A DNA stretch of 62,988 nt, counting the filler, from Octopus bimaculoides (taxonomy: Eukaryota), in assembly GCF_001194135.2 (NCBI RefSeq). It is 5 parts of 4 records of this genome, joined end to end, with 100 filler letters (N's around TTAATTAATTAA, not from the genome) between each part and the next. Parts side by side here need not be neighbours in the genome. Positions count along the whole stretch, not along the records: positions 46,455 to 58,089 come from NC_069003.1; positions 58,190 to 59,971 come from NC_068984.1; positions 60,072 to 62,988 come from NC_069010.1; 2 more parts are not named here. The stretch is one strand, 5' to 3'. The translations under genes were made by a program, and so were the position numbers. Below the pieces are notes generated by a model. That model saw nothing but the letters and a program-made list of their open reading frames with translations. It did not search any database and was not told where the DNA came from. This document shows, piece after piece, positions 52,346-62,988 of this stretch. Every line of letters begins with the position of its first letter. Within the stretch, counting starts at the first letter, position 1.

Positions 52346-53001
52346 ACTAATATTATTATTATTGATACACCCCTTTCATCAGATGTTCCTGAGGCAAATA
52401 AAAGAAATTATTTTTATTGTTATTGATGTTGTTGTTAAGAAATTATCGTTATCATCATCATCACCACACCTCCACCATCATCATCATCACTACTACTACT
52501 GGTGCTGTTGTTGTTGTTGTTGTTACTATTATTGTGGTTTGTATGCATTTGAAAAATGTTCGGTTCTGCTTCTAATTCTTTTATTTTCATTTTATTTCTT
52601 TATTTCTTTTGGTGGGAGATAGGATATTCCAACAAAGAACAATAACCAAAAGCTATAAACATATGGAGTCTTTCAGATAGCAGACCAGTTCTCTCAGCAG
52701 GAAATTAATTAGGTGCTGACCAACACTGAATTTAAAAATATGAAATAAATATATAGAAATGATATATAAATTAACAAAAAAAAAAAAACAACAAAACAAC
52801 ATTGTCAGCTTTTTATCTCAAAGCTCTTCTTACACAATATGAATATGTTTGGTGGAGGCAAGGAGACGGTGGGTGGGTGGCTGACTTTTATGGTTGGGAC
52901 TGGAACTTGGCAGCAGGTTGTGAAAGAAGTCTGCTGTTATAGTGCTAGACTCAAAGTTGAAAACCATTTATACGTTTATATATTATTTCATATATATAGA
53001 A

Positions 53002-53041
<40 letters not shown>

Positions 53042-53241
53042 CATCATCGTTATCATTTAATGGCCATTTTCCATGCTGGTATGGGTTAGAGGGTTTGACT
53101 GGGACCTGCAAGCCAGAGAACTGCACCAGGCTCCATTTGTTTTCTTGGGTTAACCTTCCAAAGGTTCCCACCACAGTTAGAGATTGGCACTTCTTGATGT
53201 AACTGTCCTTATCCATGTGTGTATATATATATATATATAAA

Positions 53242-53607
53242 TATATATATCGTGGCACTCCATTTGTTGCGACAACATGGGTTCCAGTTGATCTGATCAA
53301 CGGAACAGTCTGCTGAGCACTCTACAGGCACATGTACCCTTAATGTAGCTCTCAGGGAGATTCAGCATGACATACAAAATGACAAAACTGATCCTTTGAA
53401 ATACAGGTACAACAGGAACAGGAAGAAAGAGTGAGAGAAAGTTGTAGTGAAACAGTACAGCAGGGTTCGCCACCACGCCCTGCCAGAGCTTCGTGGAGCT
53501 TTAGGTGTTTTCGCTCAATAAACACTTACAATGCACAGTCTGGAATCATATCCGCGATCCTATGACCATGAGTCTGCTACCCTAACTACTGAGCCATTGT
53601 GCCTCCC
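53242..53607 (-). mobile_element. tRNA-derived SINE family C
   Basis: reverse complement of 57010-57391. Confidence 0.85.
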
Positions 53608-53635
53608 CATATATATGTGTGTGTGTGTGTGTGTA

Positions 53636-54020
53636 TACAGGGTGTGATGGGTAAATTTTCACCATTTTATATTTTTTATTACGTGCATGCACATTGTTTG
53701 TTTTTGATTTTGTCGACTACACAGTATAGTAGGGTCGGTTGGGCACCAACTGTGAGAAAAACAGCACTATGGTGCAATTGACTCTGCCAGAAATTTGGAA
53801 ACGACATGCTGTACTGCTTGGCATTCATGCCGGAAGCTCCAATATGAACATTTCAGAGAACAGTGCAATCTGAGGACATGCACCAAGAGTGATATAAATC
53901 AAACATCCAGTCAACATCATGGTGTTTGGAATGATCATTAGTGATGGTCACGTTATACCTCTATTCATCTTCTCACACTGCTTCAGACTCAACATGGAGG
54001 CCTACATCAAGTGCCTGGAA
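53636..54020 (+). mobile_element. Tc1/mariner superfamily remnant (maT/rosa-like)
   Basis: TA|CAGGGTG end; HPVNIMVFGMIISDGHVIPLFIF...LNMEAYIKCLE. Confidence 0.6.
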
Positions 54021-54194
54021 GTGGAGCAATGTGAAATAACGTGTCTTGCTTAAGGACACAATGTGCTGCCAGGAATTGAACTCCCAGCCTTACAATCATG
54101 AGACAAATACCCTAACCATTGAGCAACATTCCTTCACAGCTGCTAATCTAAAAGAAAGTAACTCCACACAAATCTTACATCCTGAAAACTAAAA

Positions 54195-54519
54195 ACTGGC
54201 ACTTCATCGGTTATGACAGCAAGGGCTACAGTTGATCCAATTAACAGAAGAGCCTGCTCGTGAAATTAACATGCAAGTGGCTGAGCACTCCACAGACAGG
54301 CATAACTTAAACATAGTTCTGAAGGAGATTCTGCATGACACAGAATGTGACAAGGTTGGCCCTTTGAAATACAAGTACAACTCATTTTTGCCAGCTGAGT
54401 GAACTGGAACAATGTGAAATAAAGTATCTTGCTCAAGGATACAATGTGCCGCTGGGAACTGAACTTGCATCCTTATGATTGTGAGCCAAATACCCTGACC
54501 ACTAAGCCATGTGCCTTCA
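54195..54519 (-). mobile_element. SINE sharing its 3' half with family C but with a different head
   Basis: head GGCACATGGCTTAGTGGTCAGGG; shared CAAAGGGCCAACCTTGTCACA...GGAGTGCTCAGCCACTTGCATG; partial copy at 54025-54190. Confidence 0.75.
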
Positions 54520-54529
54520 CCAACATTAA

Positions 54530-54768
54530 AAGGCAGCGAGCTGGCAGAAACGTTAGCACACCGGGCAAAATGCTTAGTGGTATTTTGTCTGCCGTTATGT
54601 TCTGAGTTCAAATTCCGCCGAGGTCGACTTTGCATTTCATCCTTTCGGGGTCGATAAATTAAGTACCAGTTATGCACTGGGGGTCGATGTAATCGACTAA
54701 ATCCCTTTGTTTGTCCTTGTTTGTCTCCTCTATGTTTATCCCCTTGTGGGCAGTAAAGAAATAAGAAA
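54530..54768 (+). mobile_element. SINE family B
   Basis: AAGGCAGCGAGCTGGCAGAAACG...GAGTTCAAATTCCGCCGAGGTCGAC. Confidence 0.9.
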
Positions 54769-55053
54769 TGATAACATCACTAACACCACTACCAACAATG
54801 AGCAATGTGCAATAAAGGGTCTTGCTCAAGAATACAACATACCACCAGGTATTCAACTCCCAACCTTACAATCAGTTGCTGAATATCCTGACCACCAAGC
54901 TATATGCCTTCATTTAGGCCAGTTAGTGTAGATAAAATGATTGTATTTAGAATAAAACTGATCGTTTCAATTTCTGCATTACATCATTACCATGCGCACA
55001 AAGCAGAATTCCTCTCGCACGTTTTCCAATCCAGTTATTAAAAATGGTAGAAT

Positions 55054-55260
55054 AATCCTTCCTGTTAAAGGCACAAGGCCTGAAATTCTGGGAGAGAGGA
55101 CTAGTCAATTACATCGACCCCAATGTTTCTCTGGTACTTAATTTATCAACCCCGAAAGGATGAAAGGCAAAGTTGACCTCAGCAGAATTTGAACTCAGAA
55201 CTTAGTGCTGGGCGAAATACCGCTTAGCATTTGTCCAGCATGCTAGTGATTCTGCCTGCT
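55054..55260 (-). mobile_element. SINE family B
   Basis: reverse complement match. Confidence 0.8.
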
Positions 55261-55551
55261 GATAGAATAATAAAAGAAGTTGGAATGTATTTGGATGCAT
55301 TAATTAAAAATTTAGAATTAAAAAGTTAATGAAATAGATGGAAAAAACAGAGTTATATTAAGAAAAGGTTAATTAAATGTTTTAACTGTTGCTCATGGAA
55401 ACATGGTGAAATTTTGAGAAAATGTAGAGTAATCTTGAGTCTGCAATTGAGCAAAGTTTTAAGGAGTGATTAGTTTTAATTAAAGGTGAAGGCTAAATCA
55501 TTATTTTGCAGTTTGTGATTTGGTTGTCATTTATTATTGTGAACAACATAT

Positions 55552-55764
55552 AAGGTAGAAAGTTGGTAGAATTGTGAGCACAGCAGGTAAAATGCTTAGT
55601 GGTGTTTCATCCATCTTTATGTTCTGTGTTCAAATTCTATCAAGGTTGACTTTGCCTTTCATCCTTTTGGGGTCGATAAAATAAGTACCAGTTGAACACT
55701 GGGATTGATGTAATCGACTTACTCATTCCCTGAAATTGCTAGCCTTGTACCAAAATTTGAAACC
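55552..55764 (+). mobile_element. SINE family B (old copy)
   Basis: match with many CpG to TpG changes. Confidence 0.8.
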
Positions 55765-55950
55765 ATTGTTGTGTATAATATTACTTCTATTGGAGAGTTG
55801 GTAAAGACATCTGCCAGTTGAATAATAATGGTATTTCAAATTTTGGCAGCAACAGAGCCATGATATAAGGGCAGCTTTTGTTAATTTCTTTGCAGCAACA
55901 TGGAGTTTTGCTATTTTATATGAAGAATATTTTCATTTATGATATGTTTG

Positions 55951-56366
55951 TCTTTTATCTTTTTACTTCTTTCAGTCATTAAACTATGGCCATGCTGGGG
56001 CACCACCTTTAAGAATTTTAGTCAAATTGATTCAACCCCAATATTTATTTTTTGTAAAGCCTGGTACGTATTCTATTGGTCTCTCTTGCCAAATCACTGA
56101 GTTATAGGGATGTAAACACACCAACACCAGTTGTCAAGCAGTGGTGGGGTACAAACATAGACACAAAGACATACTCACACACTCACACACACACACACAC
56201 ACACATACATATATGATAGACTTCTTTCAGTTTCCATCTACCAAATCCACTCACAAGGCTCTGGTCAACCTGAGGCTATCGTAGAAAACACTTGCCCAAA
56301 GTGCCAAGCTGAGGAACTGAACTTGCAGCCATGTGGTTAGGAAGTAAACTTCTCACCATACAGCCT
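55951..56366 (-). mobile_element. SINE family A
   Basis: reverse complement match of head and tail. Confidence 0.85.
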
Positions 56367-57009
56367 AGTTTAAATCCTCTATATATTTGTTTATTCAATA
56401 TTTATGGGTTTAATTTGAGTTGTTCCCAAGTAGAAGGCCATTTGTGCCATTTGATTCATAGTTACTTATTCAGCTTTTGCAGTTAGATCGTTTTATTTAT
56501 GTTATTAATCTCTTACAATTCAGAAGTTCTTGTCAAATCTATATTATTTTTTGATACTATATTATTTAATTATTTTATTGTAATTTTAAAATTTATTTGT
56601 ACTTTTAGTAGGCAATTTATTTTGTGAACTTATTTCCTCTAATTGGATATATAGTTGATAGTTATTGATTTATGTAAGTCTTTTTCCCTTGCACGTGATT
56701 CAAGGACATTGATTAATTTGGTTAGTTTTTGGTGTGGTGTTAATTAATCTATATCAGTGTTTCCCAAGCATTTTTTCCCCTATAGCCCCCTTTAATTTCT
56801 GTTTTACTCAGACACACCTTTATAACTATTTGATGCTTAAAAAATCCTGTTCTGGCATTTTTTTATTCCATATATCACTGGTAGAGAGATGAATTGCTGC
56901 TATCTCATACAGTTAAACTTCCATCACTGACAAGACCAAGGAAGTGGTGGTCTGGTGGTCTTGGCACTGGAGATAGCAGAGAATTATCTCCCTGTTAGTA
57001 GTATAAACA

Positions 57010-57391
57010 GGAGGCGCAATGGCCCAGTGGTTAGGACAGCGGACTTGCGGTCATAGGATCGCAGTTTCGATTCCCAGACCGGGCGTTGTGAGTGTTTATT
57101 GAGCGAAAATACCTAAAGCTCGACGAGGCTTCAGCAGGAGATGGTGGTGAACCCTGCTGTACTCTTTCACCACAACTTTCTCTCACTCTTACTTCCTGTT
57201 TCTGTTGTGCCTGTAATTCAAAGGGCCAGCCTTGTCACACTGTGTCATGCTGAATATCCCCGAGAACTACGTTAAGGGTACACGTGTCTGTGGAGTGCTC
57301 AGCCACTTGCATGCTAATTTCACGAGCAGGCTGTTCCGTTGATAGGATCAACTGGAACCCTTGACGTCGTAAGCGACGGAGTGCCAACAAC
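57010..57391 (+). mobile_element. SINE family C, full length, with 13-bp target site duplication
   Basis: GGAGGCGCAATGGCCCAGTGG tRNA-like head; AGTAGTATAAACA at 56997-57009 and 57392-57404. Confidence 0.9.
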
Positions 57392-57865
57392 AGTAGTATA
57401 AACAAGAGTGCATTTTGCACCAAAAGCCAAAATGAGAGCTTCTGCAGTGTAGTTTGTTCTGACAGAACATCCACATTTAAGTGGAGATAAATATTATCTC
57501 TCATTATATTTTAAATATTATTAGGAAGTGTATAAAAATATTGTGAAATAGTTTGTGTATTATAAAAATAAACACCAATTTATTGTACATAAATTTTAAT
57601 AACAAAACCTTACATGGACCCCCAAGAGTCATAAGAGCCCTGGTTGAGAACCACTAATCTATACATTTGAGATTCTAGGTTTGTTGTTCGTTGTTATTAT
57701 TATCGTATTATGTATTGATGGTTCAGTAGGTTTTGCTCAATATATTTTGTTCGCTAGTTCTATTTTAGTATTATAGATTTTTTAGTCACAATGTCCTTTG
57801 AGGGAGGAATTTCTTCATTCTATAGATACTGTTTTTCAATTGCTAGCTTTGTAGCCATTAATCCC

Positions 57866-57889
57866 TATTACCTGTTATATATATATTTA

Positions 57890-57949
<60 letters not shown>

Positions 57950-58089
57950 CATATATATACATATATATATATACATATATATATATACATATATATACAT
58001 ATATATACATATATATACATATATATACATACATATACATATATATACATACATACATACACATATATATATATACATACATACACATA
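57866..58089. repeat. (TA)n/(TATACA)n compound microsatellite
   Basis: direct reading. Confidence 0.9.
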
Positions 58090-58189
58090 NNNNNNNNNNN
58101 NNNNNNNNNNNNNNNNNNNNNNNNNNNNNNNNNTTAATTAATTAANNNNNNNNNNNNNNNNNNNNNNNNNNNNNNNNNNNNNNNNNNNN

Positions 58190-58248
<59 letters not shown>

Positions 58249-58666
58249 TAAATACTGAGCCACCAATATTTGTATATTTTTCCAACATATCAAAATGAAT
58301 TATGTATGCAGTGTATATCGGGATAAAGGTAATGAATACACGATAAGTTCGAAAGCAAACATCACTATAGTTTTGAGGTACCAAACAAAATCTTTTATGT
58401 CTGACATTGAGTTGGAGGAGTGGGCGACTGTATAAGAAAAGTTTGTATTGTATACGTGCAGAGACATATCGTTATTTATTTTGGTGTTTGTTCATAAATA
58501 TCTGCCTTTATACATGTAAGGTCATTTACTTTCAGGTTTCAGATGATAATGCTTCTATTGTATTATACTTATGGTAATAAGCAGACTTATGTATATATCT
58601 GGTATAGTATGTTTATTCACAAAATCCATCTACTTTCAAGTTTCGGGTGAAAATACTTTAATTGCA

Positions 58667-58730
<64 letters not shown>

Positions 58731-58747
58731 TACAAATATATATATAT

Positions 58748-59201
58748 AGGCGCAGGAGTGGCTGTGTGGTAAGTAGCTTGCTTACCAACCACATGGTTCC
58801 GGGTTCAGTCCCACTGCGTGGCACCCTGGGCAAGTGTCTTCTACTATAGCCTCGGGCCGACCAAAGCCTTGTGAGTGGATTTGGTAGACGGAAACTGAAA
58901 GAAGCCCGTGGTATATATATGTATATGTATGTGTATGTGTGTGTTTGTGTGTTTGTGTGTGTGTGTGTTTGTTTGTGTGTCTGTGTGTGTCTGTGTGTGT
59001 TTGTTCCCCCCCCCCCCCCCAACATCGCTTGACAACCGATGTTGGTGTGTTTACGTTCCCATAAATTAGCGGTTCAGCAAAAGAGACCGATAGAATAAGT
59101 ACTAGGCTTACAAAGAATAAGTCCTGGGGTCGATTTGCTCGACTAAAGGCGGTGCTCCAGCATGGCCGTAGTCAAATGACTGAAACAAGTAAAAGAGTAA
59201 A

Positions 59202-59204
<3 letters not shown>
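58748..59204 (+). mobile_element. SINE family A, young full-length copy within (TA)n
   Basis: CpGs retained; (TA)n on both sides. Confidence 0.92.
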
Positions 59205-59237
<33 letters not shown>

Positions 59238-59672
59238 TAAATTGTTTTTATTATTAGATATTGTTAATATAACAATACATAAAAACGGGCTAGAGATGAA
59301 GTGCTCAGCATGAGCTAGAATTCAAATTATGGTAAGAATGGATACACAAAGGCGGAAGACCACAGGAACAATACCGTATATCCAACGCAAGATTTAATAT
59401 ATATGTGTATGTGTGTATGTGTGTGTTCAACTCATTCTAGAATTAATAAATATATAGTTTTAAGTCTCTAAAATGTCTAAAAAGTAAGGTAAAATAAAGT
59501 ATACAGGCATATATAATGAAGTTTATATCATTGTTTTGTTAATTGTATTTCTTATTTCTTGTAAAAACGACATTCAACACTTATTGTAACCAGGGCATTC
59601 AACAATCCGCTTGTCCCTTGTATTGTATTGTCCCTATTTGTTCTGTGTTCGGCCCTTGTGACCAATAAAAGA

Positions 59673-59721
<49 letters not shown>

Positions 59722-59971
59722 GTTCAGTAGTTTTATTTTTATAACGTGCTTTCACTTCACTACCGAGCGCAGCTCTGTGTGCCTTGGGTATGTGCTGTGG
59801 TTTGCTGTGATTCTCTTATGGTTACTGTATTGAAAGTGTTTTGCGTAGGATGTGTGCAGTGCCCAGTAGTGCAATTTTCTGTATGTTATATATATTTGTA
59901 AGTCCTGGTGTTTTTGTTATGTATTTGTCTGAATATTTTTTTATTATACCTAAGGCACCTACTATGATAGG
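59722..59971 (-). mobile_element. R4/Dong LINE 3' end abutting a (TAA)n array
   Basis: PIIVGALGII...IQKIALLGTAHILRKTL, then 3' UTR joined to (TAA)n at 59676-59721. Confidence 0.85.
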
Positions 59972-60246
59972 NNNNNNNNNNNNNNNNNNNNNNNNNNNNN
60001 NNNNNNNNNNNNNNNTTAATTAATTAANNNNNNNNNNNNNNNNNNNNNNNNNNNNNNNNNNNNNNNNNNNNAATTTAGGTAAAAGTTTCCAAGTACCAAT
60101 GAGGCTTTTTGGCACATCTTCAATTTTCCCATTCATGAGAGGCGCCCAGCCATCATTCATATGAGAGTCCATCTACAGAATATCCTCAAATTTCTATACA
60201 GCATATTTTGCATTTTTTCTTCCAGTATATAAGCAACAATTTAATT

Positions 60247-60274
60247 CCCAGGCAACGCCGGGTGCCTCTGCTAG
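60247..60274 (+). mobile_element. Helitron 3' terminus
   Basis: CCCAGGCAACGCCGGGTGCCTCTGCTAG|T. Confidence 0.75.
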
Positions 60275-60291
60275 TATATATATATATATAT

Positions 60292-60910
60292 AACGTGAAA
60301 TATATTTGCCACTTAAATGTGGCTAACCACTAAGGGTGGATGGTACTGTAGCTTGTAGCCCTAAGAGGACACATCCTCCAGCTGGCTATTGACACACTTT
60401 CTGTGCCCCATCAGTATTTGCAAAGGGAAGCCATCCTTCCCATCTTCAACTTGACGGGCTTCTAGGTATTTACCCATAGCCATTCAACCTTAGCGGTTAG
60501 CCACATTTAAGTGGCAAATATACTTCACGTTATCGTGCAGCTACTGTTTATACATCGTTCAGAGATTTATTATTACTTGTTAACACTTTTTCGGGATCAG
60601 TGACTTTTCATCACTGGAAAATGGATAAGTATTTGCATTGGGACCCCTTCGCATCGAAGGCCGGTGATTGTCGTGCGCTGATGACGGGTAAATACCTAGA
60701 AACTCAGGTCCGTGTGTATCACGTCAGGTCGAAGATGGAAAGGATGACTTCCCTTTGCAAACACTGCTAGGGCACAGCTGGAGGACGTGTCCTCTTGGGG
60801 CTACAAGCTACGGTAGCATCCACCCTTAGCGGTTAGCCACATTTAAGTGGCAAATATACTTCACGTTGTCGTGCAGCTACTGTTTATACCTCGTTCAGAT
60901 ATTTATTATT
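60292..60910 (+). mobile_element. non-autonomous PLE-type element: partial direct repeat, inverted repeat and hammerhead
   Basis: 60292-60384 is the reverse complement of 60775-60867; 60488-60574 repeats directly at 60824-60910. Confidence 0.7.
60664..60722 (+). ncRNA. type I hammerhead ribozyme with intact core
   Basis: GTGAT-tgtc-GTGCG-CTGATGA-C-GGGTA aa TACCT-A-GAAA-C tcag GTC|CGTGT-gt-ATCAC. Confidence 0.7.
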
Positions 60911-61062
60911 GCTTATATATATAATGTATGTATGGATATGTATATAAATTTAATAATAACGGTAAAAAATGAATATTAATTTGATTAGTATCAATTTAAA
61001 CCAGTGGCTTAGCATATTGGAAAACTCTGAAGATCCAGAAAAGTTATATTACATACATATAT

Positions 61063-61578
61063 GAGAGATGACCACTAAGTGGACATCCAATATTCTAGAT
61101 GTAGGCCCCGATATGTTCTGACCACTAAGAAAAGAATGTTCCAAGAAATGTCAGCAAACGTCAGACCGTAGGCGAGCAAGACAAATGAGGATATAATTTG
61201 CAGAACTATACATGAGACGTCCACACGAGATAGAACATGCATATAGTTTTGCCAATTATGTTTGGGGGTATATTTCAAATGCCTTCGTTTTGGCAAAACT
61301 ATATGCATGTTCTATCTTCTCGTGTATAGTTCTGCAAATTATATTTTGCTATGACGGTCACACTGATGAATGGCGGAGATGTGCGTATGTAAATATGTAA
61401 ATGGTAACAATGAAACCTGGTATGTGACTAATCATTATATTTTGTATATTTTAATCTGTCTTGCTCGCTTACGTTCTGGCGCTTGCTGAATTTTCTTGAG
61501 AAAATCCTTTTCTTAGTGGTCAGACCATATGGGGTCTACATGTAGCATACTGGATGTCCAATTAGTGGTCATCCCTCT
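61063..61578. mobile_element. foldback MITE with nested inverted repeats, flanked by TA
   Basis: outer arms 61063-61183 and 61457-61578; inner arms 61191-61255 and 61290-61344. Confidence 0.8.
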
Positions 61579-61999
61579 TATATATATGTATATATATANN
61601 NNNNNNNNNNNNNNNNNNNNNNNNNNNNNNNNNNNNNNNNNNNNNNNNNNNNNNNNNNNNNNNNNNNNNNNNNNNNNNNNNNNNNNNNNNNNNNNNNNNN
61701 NNNNNNNNNNNNNNNNNNNNNNNNNNNNNNNNNNNNNNNNNNNNNNNNNNNNNNNNNNNNNNNNNNNNNNNNNNNNNNNNNNNNNNNNNNNNNNNNNNNN
61801 NNNNNNNNNNNNNNNNNNNNNNNNNNNNNNNNNNNNNNNNNNNNNNNNNNNNNNNNNNNNNNNNNNNNNNNNNNNNNNNNNNNNNNNNNNNNNNNNNNNN
61901 NNNNNNNNNNNNNNNNNNNNNNNNNNNNNNNNNNNNNNNNNNNNATATATATATATATATATAAACTTAGATATGTCTCTACCAAACATTGGTCCAAGC

Positions 62000-62988
62000 T
62001 ATGTCTAACTTAATAGCACTAACTGATATGATTATCTAAATGCCTCTTAAGTCAATTTTTGTGGTATCATGGACCATTCGAGTAGGGAGTTCTTGTTGAA
62101 TGAGTTGTATCCAGGTATAGGTAGCTTATCTGGTATTCCTTGAAGAAATTTGCCCAGACTCCGTTTAAAGGTGATGGGCTCCGTTTCTTCATTGATTTCA
62201 TTCGGGACAATGTTAAATAGAGCAGGACCTATTCAGGAAAAGAAATTATGTCATATTTATATGTTGTGATCCTGAATTGTGTAGGGAACATATGGCTTGT
62301 CGTCCTAGCTTTGGATGAATTCTGAATCAAATGTTGAAGTCGTTTGCCCAATGCTGGTGCAATATTTTCCGCATCGAGCAAATGATGTGTCGCTCACGGC
62401 GGTGATGGAAAAATAGAGTTTCAATGCTTTAAGGCGGTCCAAATAATTGTGATCAGTCATACCCTTATTTCCTTTAGTGAATTACCTCTGCGGTGATTCA
62501 ATTTTCGAGATGTTTTGTACTGTAATGGGGAGACGACAGGAGGTAGCAGTATTGGAGGTGTCGCCGTGCAAAGGAGGGGAAAAGTGGGATGACAACACAT
62601 TGTTCCTTGGACCGGAAGGTTCTTAGGATCCAGAAGGTCATCCTACGACCTATATCGACCTTATTCTTGATGTAGACACTCCGACTGAGATTGTTATCAA
62701 CAAATACTCTTAGGCCTCAGATTCCTTTTTGATGCTGTGAGAGGTTCCCCTAAAGGAAGAGAGTATGGCTGTTTTAGCAGAGCTATTTCTCCAAAATGCA
62801 TCAACTCAAATTTTCCTTCGTTTCGTTGCATTTCGTTTTTGTCTGATCATTGTTTCACCTCCGTATAGATCAGACTGGAGTTGAATTCGGTCTTCTTTAT
62901 TCATGATTTTCTGGAGCTTAGTGTCATCAGCGAATATTTTCACTCTGCTGTGTTTTATTATGCTGGAAAGGTCATTTACATAGATTAT
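62000..62988 (-). mobile_element. CR1-clade LINE, RT 3' half, degraded
   Basis: FADDTKLQKIMNKEDRIQLQSDLY, GKFELMHFG; later GPALFNIVP...FKRSLGKFLQGIPDKLP. Confidence 0.85.

Overview
AT-rich, microsatellite-dense animal genomic DNA with many N-gaps. The SINE families resemble those I know from Octopus (inference, not a database hit). I found no intact host gene, tRNA, rRNA or CRISPR array, and nearly all listed ORFs are microsatellite or gap artefacts or pieces of dead transposons. The window is a transposon graveyard: Helitron ends and a RepHel fragment, a Penelope-like element (PLE), two RTE, two L1/Tx1, two CR1, two R4/Dong and one HERO-like LINE, four Tc1/mariner-type elements, foldback MITEs and four SINE families. 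Most notable: (1) a decayed Transib/RAG1-like transposase C-terminus at about 8.6-9.0 kb, with the catalytic-Glu helix recognisable; (2) seven type I hammerhead ribozyme-like motifs from about six unrelated families, one with an intact core and GUC site inside a PLE-like direct and inverted repeat structure at 60.3-60.9 kb; (3) a mariner whose flanking DNA is itself a roughly 200-bp inverted repeat; (4) a CpG-retaining domain (about 29-46.7 kb) between CpG-depleted domains, with a candidate leftward promoter and first exon at its edge. Coordinates were read by hand, and element boundaries are approximate.
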